Assembly (NCBI GenBank): GCA_038230375.1
Contig: JBBRNJ010000001.1
Location: 224,001-288,000, forward strand
DNA: 64,000 nt
From: Polyangiales bacterium
GTDB taxonomy: Bacteria > Myxococcota_A > Polyangia > Polyangiales > Polyangiaceae
Direction of reading: 5' to 3'
The position numbers were made by a program, and so were the translations under genes. The notes below the pieces were generated by a model that was given only the letters and a program-made list of their open reading frames with translations, ran no database searches and was not told where the DNA came from. Each line of letters opens with the position of its first letter. Position 1 is the stretch's first letter. Positions 1-7,033 of this stretch are shown here, one piece after another.

Positions 1-75
1 CCAGCCCCCCACCAAACGGGCCCAGTGGGCGCGACGGCATGCGCAATGCGCCCGTCCCACCAACCAGCAAACTTG

Positions 76-220
76 AAAACAGCGTCGCATAGGGCGAGAG
101 GCGCCCGTCAGGCGAGGCTTCGAGCGAGCACGGAGCGGAACGGACTCCTGTCCGTGAGCACCGCGCGCAGCTCGAAACGAAGCCTGGCGGGATGCATCTC
201 GCCCTAGGCGATGCTGTTTT
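76..220. repeat. ~145-bp long imperfect palindrome (MITE/REP-like element)
   Basis: AAAACAGCGTCGC(76-88)/GCGATGCTGTTTT(208-220), TAGGGCGAGA(90-99)/TCTCGCCCTA(197-206), CCCGTCAGGC/GCCTGGCGGG, TTCGAGC/GCTCGAA and ACGGA/TCCGT are nested inverted repeats. Confidence 0.7.
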
Positions 221-221
221 A

Positions 222-292
222 GTGGGAGTCGTTTAATGGCAGGACGGCAGTCTTCCAAACTGCATATGAGGGTTCGATTCCCTCTTCCCGCA
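222..292 (+). tRNA. tRNA-Gly(TCC), atypical acceptor end, no encoded CCA
   Basis: Acceptor GTGGGAG/TTCCCGC, anticodon arm GCAGT-CT TCC AA-ACTGC, T arm GAGGG-TTCGATT-CCCTC, discriminator A292. Confidence 0.85.
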
Positions 293-394
293 CCGACGCA
301 CGAGCCTTCCTGCAGTGTCAGGCCGGTGGTGCGTCATGCTTCGCTTCGTTCACCTTGGCAATCAACAACACACCACTCCGGAAAGGAGGACATC

Positions 395-2023
395 ATGGCT
401 CACAAGTCTCTATTCAGGTCCGCATCCATCTCTGCGTCGGCAACCACGTTCAACGAGGCCGGCGGCCGCGCCTACGCGTTCTCCCCGGAGCACGCGCTCG
501 CGCAGTACACGGCGACGGGCACCATGAACCACACGTTCTACGCCACGGCCCTGGACCAGCTCCAGACCGTGCTCGCGTTGTCCGAAAAGGTGTCTCCCCT
601 CTTCCTGGCCAAGACTGCGGTCTTCGCGCGCGAGAAGGGATTCATGAAGGACATGCCCGCGCTGCTCACGGCCCTTCTGTCGAGGAAGGACACCCGCCTC
701 TTCGCGCAAGTGTTCCCGCGCACGATCGACAACGGAAAGATGCTCCGCAACTTCGTCCAGATCGTTCGCTCGGGCGCCACGGGCCGCAAGTCTCTCGGTA
801 CAGCACCGAAGCGTGCGGCACGTGCGTGGTTCGACACCCGATCTCCTCAGGCCATCTTCAGGCAGTCGCTTGGCAGCGAGCCCTCCATGAAGGATGTCAT
901 CAAGCTCGTTCGTCCGTCTCCGAAGAAGGCAGACGGTCAGACGGACGCGATGCGCCAGGCCCTCTACGGGTACCTGATCGACAAGGAGCACGTCGCCACG
1001 GACCTCCCGGACATCGTCCAGGTGTTCGAGGCGTACAAGTCGGACCAGAGGACCGCGGGCGGAACCCTGCAGCATGGGCTCCCGGACGTGCCGTTCGAGA
1101 TGCTCACTGCGCTGCCGCTCACGGCTGCGGAGTGGACGGAGATCGCGAAGCGAATGAGCTTCACGCAGCTCCGCATGAACCTGAACACGCTTCTCCGTCA
1201 TGGTGTCTTCGCAGACGCCGAGATGGTGGAGCACGTCGCCCGTCAGCTCCGTGACCCGGAGCTCGTGCGGCGCTCACGCACGATGCCGTATCAGCTCATG
1301 AACGCATGGAAGGCTCAGAACGCCGACATGCCGAAGCAGATCGGCCTCGCGCTCCAGGCGGCCATGGAGATCGCAACCGAGAACGTTCCGACGTTCGAAG
1401 GGCGCATCTACATCTGTCCGGACGTGTCAGGATCCATGCACAGCTCGGTGACGGGATATCGCAAGGGCGCGACGAGCGCCGTTCGCTGTCTCGACGTCGC
1501 CGCGCTCGTGTCCGCTGCCTTCATTCGTCGCAACCCGACGGCGGAAGTGATTCCGTTCTCGGACGACGTGGTGAAGCTGCCGCACGCTCTGAACCCGCTC
1601 GACTCGATCGCGACCAACGCACAGTTGCTCGCGAGCTTGCCGAGTGGAGGCACCGCGTGCTCGGCGCCGCTCCGTGCGCTCAACCAGTCGCACGCGCGGG
1701 GCGATCTCGTGATCTACGTCTCGGACAACATGTCCTGGGCGGACTTCGCGCGGTCTCCGTCGGCGGGCCACGGCGTGGGCGCGGGAACGCGTCCCACCGT
1801 CATGGCAGAGGAGTGGGATCTGTTCTCGCGTCGCAACCCGGGCGCGAAGCTCGTGCTCATCGACCTTCAGCCGTACGCCTCGACCCAGGTACAGGATCGA
1901 GCGGACGTCTTGAACGTCGGAGGGTTCTCGGACTCGGTGTTCGACGTCGTGTCGCTCTTTGCAAAGGGCAACCTCGACGCCGCGCACTGGGTGGGTGCGA
2001 TCGAAGCAGTGTCCCTCACGTGA
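395..2023 (+). CDS. rsr: Ro60/Rsr RNA-binding protein (TROVE + vWA)
   Basis: N-terminal NEAGGRAY and GFMKDMPALL / NGKMLRNFVQI segments typical of bacterial TROVE proteins; C-terminal vWA with DVSGSM MIDAS motif, GGT and SDN; AAGGAGG SD before ATG395 (the ORF-track start at 236 overlaps the tRNA). Confidence 0.93.
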   Translation: MAHKSLFRSASISASATTFNEAGGRAYAFSPEHALAQYTATGTMNHTFYATALDQLQTVLALSEKVSPLFLAKTAVFAREKGFMKDMPALLTALLSRKDTRLFAQVFPRTIDNGKMLRNFVQIVRSGATGRKSLGTAPKRAARAWFDTRSPQAIFRQSLGSEPSMKDVIKLVRPSPKKADGQTDAMRQALYGYLIDKEHVATDLPDIVQVFEAYKSDQRTAGGTLQHGLPDVPFEMLTALPLTAAEWTEIAKRMSFTQLRMNLNTLLRHGVFADAEMVEHVARQLRDPELVRRSRTMPYQLMNAWKAQNADMPKQIGLALQAAMEIATENVPTFEGRIYICPDVSGSMHSSVTGYRKGATSAVRCLDVAALVSAAFIRRNPTAEVIPFSDDVVKLPHALNPLDSIATNAQLLASLPSGGTACSAPLRALNQSHARGDLVIYVSDNMSWADFARSPSAGHGVGAGTRPTVMAEEWDLFSRRNPGAKLVLIDLQPYASTQVQDRADVLNVGGFSDSVFDVVSLFAKGNLDAAHWVGAIEAVSLT

Positions 2024-2047
2024 CGGACGCGCGCGACGCACGCAACG

Positions 2048-2084
2048 ACGCCCGGATCGCTGAACGAAAAGGCGATCCGGGCGT
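2048..2084 (+). other. Perfect 13-bp GC-rich hairpin after rsr (no U-tract; possible processing or stabilising stem)
   Basis: ACGCCCGGATCGC(2048-2060)/GCGATCCGGGCGT(2072-2084); outer GCGCGCGA/TCGCGCGC. Confidence 0.6.
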
Positions 2085-2117
2085 TCGGGGCAACTCTCGC
2101 GCGCACGACTTCTTCCT

Positions 2118-2199
2118 GGGCGAGTAGACCCGTATGGATCGGGGCGGGGCCGTAAACCACGCACTACACGTCAACTCGGTTCGATTCCGAGCTCGCTCA
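2118..2199 (+). tRNA. Degenerate tRNA-Tyr(GTA)-like element
   Basis: Acceptor GGGCGAG/CTCGCTC + A, perfect T arm CTCGG-TTCGATT-CCGAG, anticodon arm CGGGG-CC GTA AA-CCACG (one mismatch, C33), long variable region. Confidence 0.65.
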
Positions 2200-2201
2200 C
2201 T

Positions 2202-2281
2202 GCGGCAGATGAATGAGAGGACTACATTGGCCTGCGGCCACTTGTCTGGTGGGACCTTCGGTCCCCTCACAGCTTCGCTGC
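2202..2281 (+). ncRNA. Y-RNA-like unit A (minimal, no tRNA module)
   Basis: Terminal GCGGC(A)GA/TCGCTGC, inner TGAGAGGAC/GTCCCCTCA, shared GGACTACA motif and 3' TCGCTGC as in the neighbouring units. Confidence 0.5.
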
Positions 2282-2381
2282 GAGCCTCCCCGGCCTGGCT
2301 TCGCCAACTTCGTGCTTTGCACGAAGCGTGCGGCTTGCCACCTCGGCGCTATCGAGTTTGCGTTGAGACTTCACTGGTTTT

Positions 2382-2497
2382 GCAGCGAATGCTGCGGGGA
2401 CTACATGGCTGTCGCGGGTTCGAATCCCGTATGCTCTTTCGTTGAAGCATTAGCTCAGTCGGGTAGAGCAACATGTCCCTGCGACCCTCGTCGCTGC
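2382..2497 (+). ncRNA. yrlA: YrlA-type Y RNA (unit B) with permuted tRNA-like domain
   Basis: GCAGCGA/TCGCTGC ends pair; CGAATG motif; internal order is T arm (GCGGG-TTCGAAT-CCCGT), then looped acceptor-like stem (ATGCT/AGCAT), then D arm (TA-GCTC-AGTCGGGTA-GAGC); lies 360 nt downstream of rsr. Confidence 0.85.
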
Positions 2498-2513
2498 GTT
2501 TTTTCAAACCTCT

Positions 2514-2636
2514 GCAGCGAATGCTGCGGGGACTACAGGGATGTGGAGGTTGCGGGAGCTCGCGCCCCGCCGGCTCGCAAGGGCCGTAGCTCAAAGCAGA
2601 GCGCCACATATACGTCTCCGCCATCTTTGTCGCTGC
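2514..2636 (+). ncRNA. YrlA-type Y RNA (unit C) with degenerate T loop
   Basis: Shares an identical 25-mer with unit B; ATGTGG/CCACAT stem, GCGGG/CCCGC T stem with loop AGCTCGCGC, CGGCTC-GCAA-GGGCCG acceptor-like hairpin, TA-GCTC-AAAGCA-GAGC D arm, 3' TCGCTGC. Confidence 0.78.
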
Positions 2637-2644
2637 GCTCTTCA

Positions 2645-2727
2645 GGGGCGAATGCCGCCTGGAACTACACCCGGTTCAAACAAGCCGGTGCCGCAAGGCA
2701 CCACGTTCCACGCACTCTTGTCGCCCC
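2645..2727 (+). ncRNA. Short Y-RNA-like unit D
   Basis: GGGGCGA/TCGCCCC ends, GGCGAATG motif, TGGAAC/GTTCCA inner helix followed by TACA, two small hairpins (CCGG/CCGG; TGCC-GCAA-GGCA). Confidence 0.72.
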
Positions 2728-2827
2728 GATTCTTCTCTCTCTCCTTCACCCCTCCACCTCACCCTCACCCTCAACCGCAACCAAGAACCCAACCCCGGAC
2801 CTTCACTTCAACCTCATCGGTGATCCC

Positions 2828-3358
2828 ATGTCTTCCCGCACTCTCATCCTCACTCCGTGGATGGCGCCGCACCGTGTGATCTCGTGGCAGCGCGCCATCG
2901 TGCTCTTCTACCTTGGCAAGGTGGAGGTCCTGGAGTTCTGGGACGAGATGGTGCGGTCGCCGTCGCTCACACTCCGCACGCCGGCCGTGGTTCGCCTCAC
3001 GCAAGCGTCCAGCTCTCGCAAGAACAAGGTTCGCTTCTCGCGAACCAACGTCTTCACGCGTGACGGCTTTCGCTGCCAGTACTGCGGCGAGAAGCGCTCG
3101 CCGGGCGATCTGAACTACGACCACGTGGTGCCGCGCCAGCGCGGTGGAAAGACGACGTGGGAGAACATCGTCACGTCTTGCTACGGCTGCAATGACAAGA
3201 AGGGCAGCCGCACGCCGGAGGAGGCTTGCATGAAGCTTCGCAGGAAGCCCTTCCGCCCCACGTCGCTTCCGTTCGTGCCGCTGTTGCCGATTGGCCGTGA
3301 TGTACCTGCCCTCTGGCAGGCCTATGTCACAGGCATCGATGTCACGCTGAACGCGTGA
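2828..3358 (+). CDS. HNH endonuclease (McrA/HNH_5-like)
   Basis: RDGFRCQYCG...NYDHVVPRQRGG..TWENIVTSCYGCNDKKG..RTPEEA; start moved to ATG2828 because the upstream part of the ORF overlaps the ncRNA array. Confidence 0.9.
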   Translation: MSSRTLILTPWMAPHRVISWQRAIVLFYLGKVEVLEFWDEMVRSPSLTLRTPAVVRLTQASSSRKNKVRFSRTNVFTRDGFRCQYCGEKRSPGDLNYDHVVPRQRGGKTTWENIVTSCYGCNDKKGSRTPEEACMKLRRKPFRPTSLPFVPLLPIGRDVPALWQAYVTGIDVTLNA

Positions 3359-3449
3359 CTGACAACAGCCCGTCTTGCGCACTGCCGTGCGGCGCTCTCG
3401 CGTCGCGCGTGTGTGCGTTGGCCCAGACGAAAAACAGGGCCGCTTTTTC

Positions 3450-3525
3450 CAGGGTGTAGCTGAGTGGCGAAAGCGTCCGCTTCGGGAGCGGAAGATCGCA
3501 GGTTCGACTCCTGCCACCCTGACCA
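3450..3525 (+). tRNA. tRNA-Pro(CGG)
   Basis: CAGGGTG/CACCCTG acceptor, TCCGC-TT CGG GA-GCGGA, GCAGG-TTCGACT-CCTGC, A73 and CCA encoded. Confidence 0.93.
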
Positions 3526-3541
3526 CGCAGAAAGCGCTCGC

Positions 3542-4051
3542 TCAACGCCAGGCGATCGTCTCGTAGGGCGTCGCTAGCTTGTCGCGATCCAGGATGGACG
3601 TGTCGATCCCGTCCGGATCGGTGTCCTCGCCTGCGGCCTTGCCCGCAAGGAAGTTCTTGAAGCTGTCGGCCAGCAGGTAGCAATTCCAGCCGTCGTAGTC
3701 GAAGAGGAAGACGGGAGCGCTCGGCTTGCCGGCATCCACCGCAAGGAAGCCCTTGTACGGCTCGTCGTCATCGTCGGCCTCGACGTCACAGAGCACGGCG
3801 AGCGGCACCAGCTTCCCGAACGTGTCCTTCCATTCGTCCGCGAGCGTGTCGCCTTCGTCGATGAACTGGCGCTCCGCGAGCTCCTCGATGTTCGAGAGCT
3901 CCTCCGCACCGAAGTCGCAGGTGAACGTGCCGCGAACGAAGCCGCTCACGAGCTCCAGCGTGCGGTCTTCCTCGTTCTTGGAAAGGAACGCGTCGACCTC
4001 TTTCGGCAGTGTCACACCGAAAGCCTTCGCGATCGCCTTGTTCATGCTCAT
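3542..4051 (-). CDS. SUKH/SMI1-KNR4-like acidic protein
   Basis: N-terminal FGVTLPKEVDAFL and C-terminal PVFLFDYD...LLADSFKNFL resemble SUKH signature blocks. Confidence 0.6.
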   Translation of the reverse strand: MSMNKAIAKAFGVTLPKEVDAFLSKNEEDRTLELVSGFVRGTFTCDFGAEELSNIEELAERQFIDEGDTLADEWKDTFGKLVPLAVLCDVEADDDDEPYKGFLAVDAGKPSAPVFLFDYDGWNCYLLADSFKNFLAGKAAGEDTDPDGIDTSILDRDKLATPYETIAWR

Positions 4052-4312
4052 GGGCGCACCCTTATGCGATCACGGCTGAAGGTGACAGGAGGATCGCGCG
4101 CACGAGGACCCGCTTGCGCGCAAAACCTCGGTCGACGCCCATTGGACGTAGCCACGTGGCGGGACATTCAAACGCGAATCGCACTATTTTTCTCGATGGA
4201 TGAGCCCTCGCCGTGGAGGCCGCAGCGCGTGTGGAGTCGCGTTCACGGTGGACCGCAAAGCTGTGTCATTTCGTGCGACGTGGCCAGGCACGCGGCTCGC
4301 TAGGTGGAGGAC

Positions 4313-4762
4313 ATGTCCATTCGTGGAACGCTCGACAAGGTGTTCGGCAGCATCCTCAACGAGTCCCCGGATCCGTTCGCCTCCGAGGTCGCGCTCGTCG
4401 CCAACGGTGTCGTCTCCTTGCTTGCCTTCTTTGCAGCATGGCTTCTCCTCTCGCTCCACGTGCTTCCTTCCGCCATCGTCGCTTGCTTGTTGTTCGTTCT
4501 TCTTCGCGTCGCGTTCGCGCACCGCGCCACCACCATCGCAGCCGGAGCGATCTCCGCACTCGGGATCGCGCTCGCCACCGGCGCCGCTGGCTGGATCATG
4601 GGACAGTGCGCCGAGACCACCGCTGTGCCGGAGATCTGCGCCGCGGTCTGTGCGGTGCTCGGTGGCGCGCTGCCCGCGAACGCCTACGGCCGCCTCCTCA
4701 AGCTGTCGACCCCGCGCACGCCGCGCGAGAGCCAGCACTCGCTGGTGCCGTCCACACGCTGA
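4313..4762 (+). CDS. Small integral membrane protein
   Basis: GGAGG SD before ATG4313; about four hydrophobic segments. Confidence 0.65.
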   Translation: MSIRGTLDKVFGSILNESPDPFASEVALVANGVVSLLAFFAAWLLLSLHVLPSAIVACLLFVLLRVAFAHRATTIAAGAISALGIALATGAAGWIMGQCAETTAVPEICAAVCAVLGGALPANAYGRLLKLSTPRTPRESQHSLVPSTR

Positions 4763-4793
4763 TCGTCTTGACCCGCGCCGTCTCGGTTCCCCG

Positions 4794-5978
4794 CTACTTG
4801 CAGTCCGGCGTCACGGGGCAGCCGGAGTCCAGGGGTGACGGAGCGTCGCCGGACTGCTGCTTGTTCACGGCGTACGTGTCGAATCCGGCACCGGCGGAGA
4901 ATGCATCGCACGGCATTCCGGTGTTGTCGTTCAGTGAGCTCGACATGATGTCGCGCGCGTTGCAGATGGTCGCCGTGATGAATGCCTTGAACGTGTCGTT
5001 GTTGCAGATGAAGTCATTCGCCCCATTGGGGGCGTAATAGAGCTGGTTGATCGAATCGAGGAACGGCTGGGTCGCGACCCTTCCTGCCAGAACGCCGTTC
5101 GTGAGCCGGAACGTGCCCGTGCCGTCCTTCACGATGTCCGCGGTGAGCAGCGCATCGTCGAACATGAGGGTGAGCAACGGGTTGGTCGGGTCGACGGTCA
5201 GCCGAAGCGGTAGACGCGGAACGTGAGCGACGAGCTTTCCGCCGGCGACCCACGCGTTCGTGTCGCCCCACATGGACGTCTCGGAGGCGCCAAGGTCGCC
5301 CTTGTCGACACGCCAGAGGTCGGTGGGGCCGAAGGTGACGCCGCCGTCGACCGAGATCCCGAACGACGGGAAGAAGAACGCGCCAACGGTCGTGTCGTCC
5401 GCGTGCCCGTTGTAGCCGGTGATGTAGATGACACCACCGAACCCGCCCGAGCGGAGCCGTGCACTGATGGCCTGCGGAGTGAAGACGGGGCCTTGCATGG
5501 AGATGAACTGGATGAGCGAAGCGCCAGCGTTGTCCACGCCTGTCGCGGACTTGTCGACCACGTAGGTGCCGAAGTCGGTGCCGCTCGCCTTCGTGACGCA
5601 GGAGCTGGTCTTCGCGTTGACGGTGCAGATGCCGTCAAGGTTGAAGCTGGTGCTGGCAAAGCCACCGTCGTCAGTGCCCCCGAGCCCGAAGTCGAGCTGA
5701 CTGAGCGCCACGCGGATGCTGAGGTCACCACCGTCGAGGTTGGGGGAGTCGGACGTGGGCCGCGCCGGATATCCGGGAGTCGTGCAGTTCACACCGCCTT
5801 CGGGTGTGGCGGACGAATCCGCGACCGTTCCGGCGTCCGTCCCCGCTTCGCTGCCCGCCTCCGGTTGCCCCGGCGCCGCAAGCGTGAGCTCGTCGAGCCC
5901 GAAGATGCTCGCGCATCCGATGGCAGTGCCCGAGCCAACGGCCAGAAGCAGCGCCGCGTGAATCTTGCTCCGGCGCAT
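4794..5978 (-). CDS. Secreted lipoprotein of unknown function
   Basis: MRRSKIHAALLLAVGSGTAIGC signal/lipobox; ASIFGLD and DAG-rich linker; Cys pairs; abuts the upstream stop. Confidence 0.75.
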   Translation of the reverse strand: MRRSKIHAALLLAVGSGTAIGCASIFGLDELTLAAPGQPEAGSEAGTDAGTVADSSATPEGGVNCTTPGYPARPTSDSPNLDGGDLSIRVALSQLDFGLGGTDDGGFASTSFNLDGICTVNAKTSSCVTKASGTDFGTYVVDKSATGVDNAGASLIQFISMQGPVFTPQAISARLRSGGFGGVIYITGYNGHADDTTVGAFFFPSFGISVDGGVTFGPTDLWRVDKGDLGASETSMWGDTNAWVAGGKLVAHVPRLPLRLTVDPTNPLLTLMFDDALLTADIVKDGTGTFRLTNGVLAGRVATQPFLDSINQLYYAPNGANDFICNNDTFKAFITATICNARDIMSSSLNDNTGMPCDAFSAGAGFDTYAVNKQQSGDAPSPLDSGCPVTPDCK

Positions 5979-5980
5979 GA

Positions 5981-7033
5981 TCAGAACGTCCCTCGAGCAG
6001 TGAGGCCCTGGACGCCCACCACGGATGGCGCGATCTGGAGCTGCCCAGTCTTGCCATCCAGCGTGGGCGCAAGGAAGAAGAGCGCCGCGCCAGCCGCCGT
6101 GAGCACCGCGCCGCCGATGAAGACGCCGGTCGCAACGCCGGCCGTGGAGATCGCGTTGTTCCCGTCCTTCACGGAGGCCGTTGCATCGGCCGGACACACG
6201 TGGTCCATGCACGGCTTCTTCGCGTCGTCGTAGTGGCTCTTCGCAACGACACCGATGACCGTGCCGACGGCCATGGTCACGACGCCAGCGCCACCAGCAC
6301 CCACGCCCACGAGACGCCATGTAGTCCAGTACGAAGGGGGCGGCTCCGCTGGCTTTGCGATCTCACCAACCGGCGGCGGCACGACCACGACGGGAGGCGA
6401 AGGCGGCATGGGCGCGTCCTGCAGCACGGGGACGGCGACCTTTGCGTCTTGTGCGTCGACGATCTGGATCTTGGTGGACCACGTGATCTTGCCCTCCGCG
6501 GTGGCCGTGAGCTCGTGCTCGCCCGCATCCACGGGGATGGGCACGCCGCGCTCGCCCGGCGACAGCTTCGCGCCATCACGCATGAGGACCAATCCCGGCA
6601 CGTCCGCTTCCTTCGGCACCACCACGCTCACGTGCGCGAGCTTTGGTTCCAGAACCGCGATGTGCTCGTCCGCCATCTTCGCCCAGTCGGCGCGACCTGC
6701 CGCGGCGGCGCGCACGCTCGCCTCCTTGAACGCACCCCACGCGCTTGCGAGCTGCTTGTTCTGCTCGTAGCAGTTGCCCAGGTTGAGCAGCGTGGACGTC
6801 TTCGGGTCTGCGTCCTGACTGGCGCGGAACTTCGGGCACGCGGCGGCGAAGTCACCGTTCTGCGCGTCGGCGTACGCCTTCTCGAAGAGCTCCTGCGCGC
6901 GCGCACGCTGATCGGGAGACACCCCGGCAGCAGGCGCAGCAGGAGGGGGGACAGCCGGGTCGGCCGCGAACGCAACGCTGGGTTGGAAGAGCAGCCAACA
7001 AGGGAGGCTCGCGGCTGCGAGACGACGCATCAT
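5981..7033 (-). CDS. TPR/PEGA-type membrane-anchored protein
   Basis: Signal peptide, TPR-like TLLNLGNCYE, beta domain (PVDAGEHELTATAEG), Pro linker, C-terminal TM helices. Confidence 0.8.
   Translation of the reverse strand: MMRRLAAASLPCWLLFQPSVAFAADPAVPPPAAPAAGVSPDQRARAQELFEKAYADAQNGDFAAACPKFRASQDADPKTSTLLNLGNCYEQNKQLASAWGAFKEASVRAAAAGRADWAKMADEHIAVLEPKLAHVSVVVPKEADVPGLVLMRDGAKLSPGERGVPIPVDAGEHELTATAEGKITWSTKIQIVDAQDAKVAVPVLQDAPMPPSPPVVVVPPPVGEIAKPAEPPPSYWTTWRLVGVGAGGAGVVTMAVGTVIGVVAKSHYDDAKKPCMDHVCPADATASVKDGNNAISTAGVATGVFIGGAVLTAAGAALFFLAPTLDGKTGQLQIAPSVVGVQGLTARGTF

Noticed and set aside
236..394. N-terminal extension of Rsr given by the ORF track
   Set aside because: It overlaps tRNA-Gly; a strong SD supports ATG395
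2414..2470. Conventional tRNA gene from the TTCGAAT and TAGCTCAG motifs
   Set aside because: The T arm precedes the D arm and there is no anticodon loop; this is the permuted YrlA arrangement
2381..2537. 25-bp direct repeat read as a mini CRISPR array
   Set aside because: Only two exact copies, a 107-nt structured interval that pairs back to the repeat, and no cas genes; better explained as Y RNA 5' strands
2213..2827. 205-aa N-terminal extension of the HNH ORF
   Set aside because: It overlaps the structured RNA array and translates to non-protein-like sequence; ATG2828 fits the family length
3450..3525. tRNA-Pro as attachment site of an integrated element
   Set aside because: No integrase, and I noticed no duplicated tRNA 3' end in the window
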